This document shows, piece after piece, positions 15,460-58,830 of a stretch of DNA of 64,000 nt. The notes beneath the pieces were generated by a model that had not been told where the DNA came from, did not search any database, and saw only the letters and a program-made list of their open reading frames with translations. Each line of letters opens with the position of its first letter. The first letter of the stretch is position 1. Made by a program: the position numbers and the translations under genes. This DNA comes from Macrostomum lignano (Eukaryota), in assembly GCA_002269645.1 (NCBI GenBank), contig NIVC01000221.1, positions 620,001 to 684,000 on the forward strand, written 5' to 3'.

Positions 15460-23475
<8,016 letters not shown>

Positions 23476-24329
23476 ATGGTTTAGATTGGTTGTTTCAATC
23501 AGTTTGTGATTGCGCCTTTTTCTTTCGTAACAAAATAGGTCTTTGCATGTGATAACGATATGATTTTTGTTTCTCATCATTGCTTTTAAAGACGTTTTTC
23601 GTTTTTTGTTTGTTGTGCGAGGAGTTTCTTTTTGCATGTAAATGCATTATGTAATGCTGCACCAAGATGTAAACTGTACATGGATGGACCGAAATTTATT
23701 CACTTTTAAACGTTATGCAGCTCACTCCTAATAAGGACATGCTGTACTCAACTACTCTTTAGAGCAGCTAAGATGTAATGCTTTCGCGTTAACTTCAGTG
23801 CATACGTAGTCCATGCATTGTTTTCATGGTGAAATTTTCGTAAATTTTTCTCAACTAAATAGAGCGGAAATTGAGTAGAGACACGTTATAAATTATGGTG
23901 TTGCTGCTTATTGCGAGCTGCAAGTTTAACACAGAGAGTATGTAAGCAAGACTTTGCTCAAGATCGAAGGCAAAAACTTGTATCAGCGCACTGGCTGCAA
24001 GCCAGCTACTTTTTCCTATCTATATTTGCTTCTATTTGCTACAGAATTTGTACACACAGTTTGTACACTATTACATACGGAGTTTAACTTAGGATACGAC
24101 GACTTAAGTGTTACATCCGTTACCATGCAAGTCGAAGTCCTTAATGGTGGTTCTCAAGCTTGAGATGCCTTCTATTTTTTTTATTTCTCTCATATATTTA
24201 TCAGGAGCGCAAGGGGAGCAGGTTATCATTCCCTGTATCATTACATACTTAGCAGACAAAGCCATTCGAGCATTCAGAAATGCTATATGCAGCAAAAGTC
24301 AAAATATAACTATCAGTTAAAAACCTAAG

Positions 24330-24950
24330 CAGCGTGTCGAGTGTCGAGTTGCCGCACCCCCACCGCCGTTGTCACCACTCGGATGTGAAGCCACCAGTGG
24401 GTGGCTTCAAAGCACAGGGAGAGTTGGGCCAACGCTCCCGACTGCCGGCAATCTTGAGCGGCTGTCCCTTGTCCTTCCTCCGTCCTGCGCAGGGCCCTGC
24501 TTGGACTCAACCGCAGGGACATCAGGGCGGTGATCATGGCTGTTTTGCCAGGCATCGTTACCTCCATGGAAAAATCCGTAGCGAATACTGCCCTTTCCGC
24601 CTTTCTCCGGTGTCGAGAATGCGGAGCACTTCATTTGAGAATCCGCGCCTTTACACAGGACAGGCTCACCTGCCTCGGCCCAAAACCCAGATCTCTCAGA
24701 CGTATTAAGCCCCGAGAACCTCTGCCAGCTCGTCCGCTACCTAAGAGCTACCGGGCGAGCGACCATCCACCTCCTGAACTGTCGGGATGGAGGCCGCACT
24801 GCGGACACCGACACCAACGGATCTCCCTGCGCGACACCGCAGCACCAGCCACCCGTGGTCGCTAGGCGTTAGCGAAATATGCGGCAACGCATCTTTGCTG
24901 CATCCGGATGCCCGGGCCCCCTGCACCTGAGTCAAGTAAGTCAAGTAAGA
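24330..24950 (+). mobile_element. 3' fragment of an I/Loa/R1-group LINE
   Basis: Frameshifted translation DCRQS...[17 protein letters not shown]...[21 protein letters not shown]...ENAEHFI.E.PAFTQDRL...[10 protein letters not shown] resembles the C-terminal zinc-knuckle region of these LINEs. Short-repeat tail agtcaagtaagtcaagtaag. Confidence 0.7.
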
Positions 24951-26115
24951 CGTGTCGCGTTCTGTTCTCAAGTATGTGCGCTGCCTTGCAATCGCCGCTC
25001 ATTAGGCGTGGCGCCGGTTTACTGGTGTTGTCCTGGGCAAGAGTCCACCGTCATGGGCTCGTCGTTCCTGAATAGCTATCACCAAGAAAGCATTGAGGTC
25101 AAAAGAAATATGAATTTAAATACTGCATTCTCAATAATTAATCGCAAATCAAAACATAAAGATACATGTTGATGTAACCAGTAATCGAGAACGACGGCGA
25201 GTTTACATAATTGCTCGACTTCTTGTTTCATCACATGCCATTGAATTCGCTTTTTTGCATTGAATTAACGAAACCCTGCTATTTTGACGAGTCTGTCTTC
25301 GTGCCCGGCTACTAACAGCAGTGAGAGTGAGTTGTGACATGTGCTTTGACAATTTTTTCTGGAAATAAGGATAGCTTATGTCGTCAACGCTTAAACGACA
25401 TAAAAGCTAATACCACACATTTATCTGCTGCTCAAATACACTATAAAACGCTTAAGAGACTGCAATGACTCAACAGACAAGTAGCCACTTTCAGAAGGTA
25501 GGGGACGAGAGGTTTCTTCCAAAGGAAGAAAAGATGGCCAATGCTGCTGCATTCACTGATCCAGAGCTGCCGCACCACACGCAGTAAGAAGCAGGTATGA
25601 CTTGAGCAGAGCTGAGAGTGTTAAGTCCCAGAAAATCGATGTCAGTCTCTGCACTCAATGCAACTGCTCAGCGGCGTTGAGTACGCCAGCCGTGGAAGCA
25701 AAAACAATGCCATCGTGCAGACTCTTTTCCTTCATTTTTTGGAGAGTGAATGTCGAGACGTTGCTTCAGAATGCGCCAGGCTGACACTCTTGGAGGGGGG
25801 GGGACAACGCTTATGAGCTGGTTGTCATAGTAACAATGCTCAGAAAGTCTTAGTTTTTTGGCTTAGATTTTTATTGCGAATAGGCTTTAAAAACCGACTA
25901 AAAGAATGGCAAACTGTCAAGACCCGGGATTTCGATTGGATTCAGTGACAGAGAAGGGTCCTTGGAAAAAGATAAACTTGAGTAATTTGGCTTCGGTAGT
26001 ACTTTTAGCCTTGTTTTGTGTATTTTTATAGTTAAAATTCGCTTTTTTCAAAAGTGATAGTTAAACAAAATTTCCAAGAAATATTTATTAAAAATCGGTT
26101 TGACGAATATTGGGT

Positions 26116-26150
26116 CAAGGACTTCTAGACTAGAAGTCTAGAAGTCCTTG
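26116..26150. mobile_element. 35-bp perfect palindrome flanked by 8-bp direct repeat (minimal hAT-like insertion)
   Basis: caaggacttctagact-aga-agtctagaagtccttg, with tattgggt at 26108-26115 and 26151-26158. Confidence 0.6.
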
Positions 26151-26292
26151 TATTGGGTTAAGAAAACTTTTGAAATCTGCTTCAGTAACTTTGTTTTTAA
26201 AGTGCTTTTTTTTTGTTTCACCTATTATAAAACTCGTTTTAGAAGCCTTAGTTCGAAGTATTTGTAAAGTTTTCTCTAGTTTCTGACAATTG

Positions 26293-27937
<1,645 letters not shown>

Positions 27938-28435
27938 TAAGTAGCTAGGATAAAGTAGACTGAATAAATTATAAGAGAACGAAATTAAAGGAAGGATTAG
28001 CCGCAGGGTTAAGACAAACAAAAAAATTGTTTTTATTGCTGTTGTGTTTGTGTGTGTGCCTGCATCAAGCCGCCACTATAGCTAGTGATTTCCTTCCAGG
28101 CGAATCTTCTTCCAGAAGTCAGTCGCATTCTCCTGGTCTCCGCTCTCGTGCTCTCGTGCGGGTCCCGCTTCTCCCTAAGGCTGCGCGTGGAGGGGCACTC
28201 CATGACGTGCTCCAACGTCTCGGCCTCCAAACCATCCAAAACCATCCCTCCTCTGGCATTGCTTCAATTCCTCTTGCATTGATTAATGATTTCCGTCACT
28301 TACAAGCTTTCGCTCTTGCATTCGAGATCGACGTGAAAGGTACATGTACATGTATAGTATAGGACTCGGTAGTTAGATGTACTGTACTGGGGCACTTGGG
28401 CACGGATCGGACAATTCAGCTGGTTATTGAAACAT

Positions 28436-30747
28436 CACCGTGTAACAAAAATAAATAAAAATCTTGTCTTTCATTGAAAAATCGCTTTTTCTTAGTCTAG
28501 GTCAACTACTGAACCCAATTTAATCGCTGATTGCTTAAAAACTTTGGGTTGGCAAGCCTGACTTCAGTTATTTGAGATTATGTGTTTTGTATATGCTAAA
28601 AGCTATGTTTTTTCCTTTTGATTTGCTTTTTTCATTCACTGAATACTTTTTTCAACAGTAGATGCTCTAGAGTGCATGTTAAGTCATATATTGGTATGCC
28701 TGTGTGTTGATTTGTTCATTTGCTAACAACGTGGTATATGTATGCTACTCATTGCAGCCATTCGTTTCAAAACGAATCGTTCAACGTTATTGTTGCTGAC
28801 ACCATGGCTTCAAGGGGATGTAAGTACGGAGCGGACAGCTTCTGCTATGTGTGTGGCGAATTCTTTGCCAAGTCAGCAAAGAAACACAAGCTAGATGGGC
28901 GTGCTGTGGCAAAACAAGCGTATCAGACGTACTTTGGTATGCCAGTAGGTGACCAAAACAAGCCCTGGGCTCCGCATGTGATCTGCGAGTACTGCTGCCG
29001 CACACTTGAAGGCTGGTACAGAGGGGAAAAGCGAGCAATGCCCTTCGCTATTCCTAGAGTGTGGCGAGAGCCAACAGATCACCTAAATGACTGCTTCTTC
29101 TGCATGGTAGACCCAACCAAGAGGCGCAAGGGGAAGAATGCAACCCCAATCAGTTACCCTGACATTCCGTCGTCAATGGCACCTGTTTCTCACAATGCCA
29201 GCCACCTGCCTGTACCTCAGCCTCCCCAGGCGGCATCTACAGAAGAAGATGTCTACTCAGATGAGTCTGAAGAAGAGGTTGCTCCATCATCAGGCTGCAG
29301 AAGACGCCGGACTCACACTGTCACGAGATCTCCATACTATCCAAAGCAACAGGACATTAACGACCTTGTCCGAGATCTCTCTTTGACCAAGTCCAATGCG
29401 GAGTTGCTCATCTCGCGCCGGAAGCAGTGGGATCTGCTTGATGACAGTGTTCGCGTTACTTTTCAGCGAGAGCGACATCGGGAATTCTCAGCTTTTTTTA
29501 CGCTTGAGGACAGATTCTGCTACTGTCATGATGTCAAAGGTCTCTTCGAAGCTATGAAAGTTCCTTGCATCACAGACCAATGGCGTCTGTTCATTGACAG
29601 TTCCTGCAGAAGTCTGAAGGTTGTGCTGCTCCACAACACCAACCGGCTGCCGTCCATTCCTCTGGCTCACTCGGTGCAGATGAAGGAAGAGCACTTTAAT
29701 CTAAAGGTACTGTTGGATGCTCTGAAGTACAGTCAGTTCAACTGGGATATCATCGGTGACTTTAAAATGATTGGCCTGTTGATGGGACTTCAAGGTGGCT
29801 TTACCAAGTACCCATGCTACATCTGCCTCTGGGACAGCCGAGATACGAGCAACCACTACCGCAAGCGCAACTGGCCGCTGAGATTGGAGTATTTAGTTGG
29901 CTCACACAACGTCAAGTACGATCCACTAATCGATCTAGCAAAAGTGCTTATGCCACCATTGCACATGAAGCTCGGACTGATCAAGCAGTTTGTGAAGCAG
30001 TTGGATCAGACAGGCTCAGCTTTTGAGTACTTACAACACTTGTTTCCAAGGCTTTCGGAGGCAAAGGTCAAGGCTGGAGTTTTTGTTGGGCCGCAAGTGA
30101 AGCAACTGATTGATTCGGATGACTTTCCAAGCAAGCTCTCCAGAACTGAGCGAACTGCATGGAGAAGCTTCGTCGCAGTTGTGCAGGGCTTCCTTGGTAA
30201 CCACAAGGCATCCAACTATAAGAAGCTCATTGAGGACCTGATTGAGTCGTACAGAAGAATGGGCTGTCGCATGTCACTAAAGTTACATATGCTTCATTCT
30301 CATCTGGACGTCCTTTGCCGCAACATGGGTGACTACTCAGAAGAACAAGGAGAACGATTCCATCAGGACATCAAGGACTTTGAGGAGAGGTACAAAAGGC
30401 CAGTACAATGAGAGTATGATGGGCGACTACGTGTGGAGCCTTCTGCGTGAAAGTGACCTGACCTATAACCGCAAAGCTCGCAAAAACATTGCTTTCTGAT
30501 TGCCTTTTCCTATGATTACAACAAGGAAAACATTTCTGATATATCTGCTGATGTATGAAGCCTAATAGTAAAATCTGTTCAGGTTAATATAATAATATTT
30601 ATTTAATATTTATATAATATCACTAAGCTGAAGTATTATGTTTAAAACCGAAGTCTGGGATAAAAAATACTATTTTTTACTTTATATTGGCATGAAAAAT
30701 AGGAAAAAAACATTTTAGCCTAAAGACAAGTATAGTGTTACACGGTG
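28436..30747 (+). mobile_element. Chapaev3-type (CMC superfamily) DNA transposon, full length 2312 bp
   Basis: Perfect 12-bp TIR CACCGTGTAACA ... TGTTACACGGTG with CAC/GTG termini. Flanks CAT and AAT are an imperfect 3-bp TSD. Encodes a transposase (see next feature). Confidence 0.85.
28804..30499 (+). CDS. Chapaev3-type transposase with a single +1 frameshift near 30395
   Basis: Motifs: N-terminal FCYVCG...YFG...GDQNKPWAPHVIC..C...WREPTDHLNDCFFC zinc-binding region, WRLFIDSS, IIGDFKM, PPLHMKLGL and GDYSEEQGERFHQDI. After tacaaaagg the shifted frame continues GQYNESMMGDYVWSL...RKARKNIAF*. Confidence 0.85.
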
Positions 30748-31459
30748 AATCTGGATTGACTTGAATGCATCCCAGTCGAAGCAAGCACGAATTTTCGGTT
30801 TAAGCGGCCGCTACAAATCAGTTGAAACTCTAGCTCTCACTGTATATTTCATCCCTTCACCTGAAGTACACCTGAGCGATACGATCGTAGTCATGGAAAA
30901 CTGGGCGTCATGCGGTGTATACGAGTGAGCCGAAGTCAATCGCTGCTCTTGGCAAATACATAGCTGCAATATCGCAGTTGATATAACATGTGCAAAAGAG
31001 TTTGTTGAGAGGATATTAAGAGCTGCCTGTAAAATTTTCACTTCGTGAATTTTTTTAATATATAGAAAATTGCATGATTTCAATAATACCCAACGATTAA
31101 GAGACAATTAAAGCTACTATATTCGTTGCTAATAATTTACTTTAATAATTACTATGTAACATCGATCTACAATCGACAGTGTGCAATTAGTTTGTAGCAA
31201 TAAAATTGCGGAGGTCATCTGTCTCTAGTGGGAATTAAATTATAAGGCGTGTCTAAAACACAAGGACCTAAGGACCTACGACCTAAGGATCTAAAACTTC
31301 AAACCAAGGACGTTAGGATGTCCTTGAATCAAAGTAAAACATTATCGACTTTAATCGAAACGGCCGGGGACTCGAACGACCGGGGCGAGTTGCTTTACAG
31401 TATTGATCAGGATAAGGAGTTAGTTGCTCCATGATAAGGATTATAGGCTAGGCCTAAGC

Positions 31460-31610
31460 CTAGTAGTAGTTAGAGCATTAGAATTATAATGATTGATGAC
31501 TTGAAGGTTAGGGATTTAATTCCCCTAATTATTCTATATAGAATAGTTTGTGTCCTTGACCTTAGGCAAGGCATTTAAAGCCCAACTTTGCTTTCTTTTA
31601 TCTAGTAAAT
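31460..31610 (+). mobile_element. Heavily AT-mutated copy of a tRNA-derived SINE
   Basis: gtagttagagcattag...gaaggttagggatttaattccc (decayed A/B boxes), then tttgtgtccttga...gcaaggcatttaa, matching the SINE core at 18410-18440. Confidence 0.5.
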
Positions 31611-33399
31611 CTTTTCATTGAAAATTAAATAAGTTATAGGGCCTAGACTAAATTCGCTGCAAAAAATATATTATAGATAAAGTTTAATAGGAAAATCTAG
31701 GTAATTAACTTAGATGGAAAAGTTGGATAATTAACTTTGTTTGAAAAGCTGGGCAGGCAAATCTTAATAAGCAAATCTCTGTAGGCAATTTGTCTATAGG
31801 CAATTCTCATTGACCCTAGTTTTAAGGCCTAAATTTCCTGTTGTTTACCACAATGTAGCATTGTGGTACTAATAGCAGCATATATCAAAATTTGTAGTAG
31901 GCTATTTGCTATATGCCTTGCATATTTGGAACCTTATTGCTTAAGAATTTTTTTCCAAAAATCCTAGAGTAAATAGAATGTTAAATAAAATATTGTCTTA
32001 CTTAAAATAAATATTTGAGATATTATACAATATAAATTCTTAAGAATGAAGAGAATATTTAAATAAAAATACTTTTTAAGCAGTTGATAAAAAACCTAAT
32101 TTTTATAAAAAAATTTATTATATATATTAAATAGTCTTTTATATATTTTTTAGAAATTTATAGATTGTATACTAACTTGGCAGTGGTAACTTTTGTTCAA
32201 AACATCTTTAATTTTTTTAAATGAAAAATAGAAAAGTCTATTATTTTAAAAGTATAAATTATTTTTTTCCAAGTAGTTTAAGTAGCTTCAAGTTCAAGTT
32301 CAAGTTCAAGTAAGTTCAAGTTCAAGTAACTAGTTCAAGTAGTAGTTTCAAGTAGCTTTTTATTTCAAGTATTAGCTTTTTGAAAATATATTTAAAATTC
32401 AATGTTTTATAATATAATGATATAAATATTTTGAAGTTAAAATAATTTTTTAATATGGAACTTTTGATTTAACCCAGCTAATATAATAGCTTTTGACAAA
32501 GACAAAATATATGTATCTAAAAAGCATTTTTGGTCTTTTAAAATTGCTCACTATCACTGACTCATAATGTATAAAAGGTTGTCCTCCTTGGGGTTTAGGA
32601 TATTTGTTAACAAATGAACATTAGAGTGAACAATAGGCATAGAGTGAAAAATTAAAGTTAGCTAAGTGTAATTTAATGTGCAGAGTGAACAATAGAGTGC
32701 CACTTGTAGATAAAGGATAGCGCTAATGACATATTTTAAGGCATTTGTATATATACACTTAGATTTAGAACAGGGGTCAGCAAACTCTGGCCCACATGCA
32801 ACCCACAAAGCATCTAGCCTTAGGGTCCTTTGAAACTTCAAAATAGCAATCTAGCCTGCTCATCTCCTCTCCTTTCCTGTCCTCTTCTCTTATCTCCTCT
32901 CCTCTACTCTTTCCTCTCCTATTTCATGTTTCTCTCCTCTTGTCTCCTCTCCTTTATGATCCTTTGCCTTTCATTCCCCTATTTCTCTTGTCTATTCCCT
33001 CTGACCCTCTCCTCTCTCTCCTCTGGCCTGCAGTCATATGCTAGATTATCTGATTGGCCCTTAATAAGATAAGTTCACTGACCCCTATCTGACTTATAAA
33101 AAGCAGAATTAGTATAAATGAAAAGTTAAGATTACTTTTATGACACAAACAGTGCATTCAATCAGATGTAACTATAGCAACAACTTGTGTGTTTATAATT
33201 GCTTTTGTGCTTCAGCTTGCACTCCAAAGATGGCGTGGCACTCAGATGTATGATCAGCAAAGGTCCAGGAAAGAGCCAGAAAATCCAAGCCCTTTACAAC
33301 ATCTCTATGCATGTGAATTACTGATACATCAGAGAGTCAGCGCTATGTCATTGTTGACTGCATCCAAGTCTTAATTCTACAAAGAGCACTAAATGTCCT

Positions 33400-35220
33400 C
33401 AACTGCTGCTTCTGAATAAGACAGAGACAAGATTAGCTTGAGAAGCTTTACTGATTAAGGAATGAATTCCAAAGCCAATGGGCTGGCGGTTCAAAAAATA
33501 GCAACAACATTGCTGAAGCTCTTGACCTACTGTTGTCCTATCTACTATACAACAATTAGAAGCAATGAATGAAGCTCAGAATAGAGGTCATCAAGACAAA
33601 AGTCTTCCAAGTAGACTTGCAAATTGTTAGCATTGGCCAGAATTCCCCCAAGAATTCCCCCATTAGGATCAGGATAATTGCCTTTTGCAGCTTGCAGAAG
33701 GAGGGTTTCCATCTGCCTTGCAATCCTGATTCCAGGCTGGTTGAACTTAAAACCAAATATCAAACTCGCACTGTCCCCCAAGTAGGACAAAACAAAAAAT
33801 TTTTTGAGAAGCTGCTACTTTCATTTGACTCAGCTGAGTCCTCATATTCAATTTGCAGCACTGCCTTAACATTGGAATAAGTGCTGAGTCTTTTTCCTGA
33901 CTTGCAGATGAAGTTGGCCATGTACTTTACATGCTCTAAAGCATCATAGATCACTCACTCCTCCTTGCAAGCCTCTTGGATGCACAGATCTAGGGCATGG
34001 TTGGTGCAATGATAATAGGGTGCACTTGGGTGCTTTTCCTGCAAAATAGCTCGTGCACCTTTAATTGCTCCACTCATGTTGCTGGCTCCATCAAACCAAA
34101 ATCCACAACAATTTCCTAGGTTGATTTGTAAACAAATACAGACATCCATCAGTGCATTGGCCATAGTAGAACCTTTTGCATTGGGTAGGCAGTAGAACCC
34201 AACAAACATGTCATGAACAGTGAAGCTATTGTCAACAGCAGGGAAAACTATGCTTAGTTGTTAAGAGCCACTAATATCCTGGGTTGAATCAGTGAGAACA
34301 AAAAAAAACTCGCTCTTTGAATACCAGTCGTCACTACCTTCGTAACAGTGCTTGCAATAATAGAGATTATCTCATTCTGCACATTGTGCAATAGCCAATT
34401 GTCACAACAAATAAGCCAACTTTTCAATGCGGGTATTTCCTTTGATCGCAAGTGTAGAAGTTCAAAGTAATTTCCATTGCTGAACTCATGGCCCTGGAAT
34501 GCTAGACCTTTTGAAAAGCAGAGAGTCAGCAGTGTTAAACATTGTCTGCAAAACCACAGTGTTGCTCTTGCTGAGCATGGTGGCATGTCTAAAGCTGCTC
34601 ACAAATCAATGCATCTCTCTGACCCAAGAGCAATCTTGCAGCCTATTGGTGTTGTTCACTTCTTTCATGCAACAAAAACTTTTCTGGCTTTTTTAGTTTG
34701 AGAAGCCATCAATAAGAGTCATCTCGACTTTTGTACCTGGCAGAAACAAGCCTCGCTTGTGAGTAGTCAGACAAGAAAAGCATTGCATACTATCATTCAA
34801 TGTAACAGTGCATCCAAGGGTGCTTTTTAAACCAGGATAGTTGAAAGCTTCTTGATGAGCAACTTATGGTTTTGGTTGGAAAAACAAATTGCTTTGGTTG
34901 AAAAGGCTGTTCAGGCAGAGATGTACAGCTGCCTTTTGCACTCGTCTGTTGCGATTGCGTGACAGTGTCAGTGATATAAGATTTGTTACTCACTGACAGT
35001 ATTGCATCTGGAAGCATTGTTGGAACTGCTTCAGGAAGCTCACTGAATACCTGCTGATTTGCTATAGACTTGGCATTTTCAGTTATTGATGCCAAAGCAT
35101 TGTCATTGACTGGATCAGTCCCTGCAATCCTAGCCCCAGAAATACATATAGACACAGAAGTGTCAGTGGCTGATGCAGAGCTAGTAGTACTTGGCAAAAA
35201 CATAGTCTTGTCTGCTTGAA
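33400..35220 (-). mobile_element. Degraded hAT-family (ZMYM1/DUF4371-like) transposase remnant
   Basis: Fragments in order: RSFQLSWFKKHPW (TTF-type Zn finger), GLAFQGHE..NGNYFELL, QNEIISII, FDGASNMSG..KGARA, YHCTNHALDL. Multiple stops and frameshifts. Confidence 0.85.
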
Positions 35221-36383
35221 TCGCTTGCTTGGTGGTGGATTGCTCATAGTACTATTATTTATCTATTAGTCATCCACATATATTATTGTAATTGATATAT
35301 AAAAAAATTAATGAACAAGTAATATCTACAAGCTACTTGGCCAGAAGTTTTATAGCAATCAAACTCAGTTTGCTAAAGCTAGTTGTTGTAATGTAATGCT
35401 GAAGAATTAAAAATAGAATTTGATGTGGGAGTGGAAACTGGATATTGAGGCATTTATTATATTAGCTCTATAGCTCTAGATAAATCTTTAACAACAAAGA
35501 GGTCTTTCTTTAAATGTATATACTGTGTAGGTTCAGAAATCAGGAAATAAAAACACCAACCCCCCATCGTGTGATTGGTATGAGTGTACTACTACTTGTG
35601 TCCCAGACCCCACATGCCACCCCAAAAACCTTTTATATATCAGAGCCCAGGCCCAGCTAGCAAATCAGAGCCAGAGGGAGGTGGGCATCTGGCGCTTGTA
35701 CAGTTTAGGGTACAAAGTATGGGCTTCTATGAATGAGACCCCTTGGCCCTAGCACGGCTCTGCCCTACCTTGTCTTGCATGCTGCTGCGTGATATAGACA
35801 AGTTCAGTAAATTTAAACAAGTTTAAATATAAGAAAAATTATGCTGTTGAACTGTATTTAAGGGGGACAATGCCCCCCCCCCCAACTCAATGCCCCCCAA
35901 CTCAATGCCCCCTCTGCCCCCCCCCCCCTGTTTCGCGGTGCTTGTTTATCACTTATATAGGCTTTAAATTTTTTCTTTGTCATAAGAAGGTTTTTTGTTT
36001 TACTTAATTAATTTTAAAATGTTTTTCTTGTGTAGCCTTAAAATATTTGTTCTGTTCTCAGTTTTTGCAATATATATACTTGATTTAGCTAGCTAGACAT
36101 GAGTAGACATTACCTGATTGCTATATATGTATAAATAAGGATACTAAGAAGTTTATATTCTAATAATTATTAAGGATTTAATACTTATTTTAGTTTGCTA
36201 ATCTTTCGTTTTAAGTCACACAAGTGTTTTTCATGCCCTATTTTTTGAAGAACAATAGACAAGCATTATCTACCTTACAGTTGCTATTTATGCAATCTAG
36301 TTAGTGAAATTAAAGGAAAAAGACTAGAAAAGCATGACTTTGTGTTGTTTGAAATTCTAATCTGAGTATTTAGACTTGCATAG

Positions 36384-57103
<20,720 letters not shown>

Positions 57104-57519
57104 ACTGTGCGATATAATTAGTCTTAGGATAGACTAGCAATCCATTCCATGATTTATTATTACATAATAATCTGTGTGCATCTTATAAGATCAAGTTGGG
57201 ATTTAGAGTAGTAGATTAATTATTATTCATATCTGATATAAGAAGTCCTTAAAATCAATGGTATCTCTGACTTTATTGCTCTGCTTGTAATTAAGGGGAT
57301 ATTTAATTTGCTTTGATCATTGTTATTTATACCTGATTAAAAAGTGACACATTCCTCATTAAGTCCTGATTAGCCAGCATGTGATTAATTGGAATTTTCC
57401 TGCTAATTATATTCGGTCATTTTTCTCTATAGTAATGCAGACTTGGGTTTGTGTGTGTAACCATAACACCTGCAATGTTTGCATTATATAGGATTATTGC
57501 TGCTTGATTCTTAATAAAT

Positions 57520-58830
57520 CGCCATCACCTCAGTCTCACCTTGATTCTCAATCTCCCTCACCTCAGTCTCACCTTGATTCTCAATCTCTCTCATCTCAGT
57601 CTCACCCTGATTCTCAATCTCTCTCACCTCAGTCTCACCCTGATTCTCAATCTCTCTCACACCTCAGTCTCACCCTGATTCTCAATCTCTCTCACCTCAA
57701 TCTCACCCTGATTCTCAATCTCTCTCATCTCAGTCTCACCCTGATTCTCAATCTCCCTCACCTTGATTGTCAATCTTTCTCACCTCAGTCTCACCCTGAT
57801 TCTCAATCTCTCTCATCTCAGTCTCACTCTGATTCTCAATCTCCCTCACCTTGATTTTCAATTTCTCTCATCTCAGTCTCACCCTGATTCTCAATCTCTC
57901 TCACACCTCAGTCTCACCCTGATTCTCAATCTCTCTCACCTCAGTCTCACCCTGATTCTCAATCTCTCTCATCTCAGTCTCACCCTGATTCTCAATCTCT
58001 CACCTCAGTCTCACCCTGATTCTCAATCTCCCTCACCTTGATTGTCAATCTCTCTCATCTCAGTCTTACCCTGATTCTCAATCTCCCTCACCTTGATTCT
58101 CAATTTCTCTCATCTCAGTCTCACCTTGATTCTCAATCTCTCTCACCTCAGTCTCACCTTGATTCTCAATCTCCCTCACCTCAGTCTCACCCTGATTCTC
58201 AATCTCTCTCACCTCAGTCTCACCCTGATTCTCAATCTCTCACCTCAGTCTCACCCTGATTCTCAATCTCCCTCACCTTGATTCTCAATCTCTCTCATCT
58301 CAGTCTCACCCTGATTCTCAATCTCCCTCACCTTGATTGTCAATCTTTCTCACCTCAGTCTCACCCTGATTCTCAATCTCTCTCACCTCAGTCTCACCCT
58401 GATTCTCAATCTCTCTCACCTCAGTCTCACCCTGATTCTCAATCTCTCTCACCTCAGTCTCACCCTGATTCTCAATCTCTCATCTCAGTCTCACCCTGAT
58501 TCTCAATCTCCCTCACCTTGATTGTCAATCTTTCTCACCTCAGTCTCACCCTGATTCTCAATCTCTCACCTCAGTCTCACCCTGATTCTCAATCTCCCTC
58601 ACCTTGATTGTCAATCTTTCTCACCTCAGTCTCACCCTGATTCTCAATCTCTCACCTCAGTCTCACCCTGATTCTCAATCTCCCTCATCTTGATTGTCAA
58701 TCTCTCTCATCTCAGTCTCACTCTGATTCTCAATCTCCCTCACCTTGATTGTCAATCTCTCTCATCTCAGTCTTACCCTGATTCTCAATCTCTCTCACCT
58801 CAGTCTCACCCTGATTCTCAATCTCTCTCT
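57520..58830. repeat. 33-bp minisatellite downstream of DENND4
   Basis: Unit ctcaatctctctcacctcagtctcaccctgatt and variants. Confidence 0.95.

Larger units (their letters stand above)
28027..30928 (+). pseudogene. Possible decayed secreted-protein gene interrupted by the Chapaev element
   Basis: Exon-like 28027-28339 begins with TTG in an AAAA context, has a hydrophobic leader and ends at AAAG|GTACAT. Acceptor at 28419/28420. Removing the transposon and 3 bp gives a frame with one TGA and then ~60 open codons. Confidence 0.3.
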
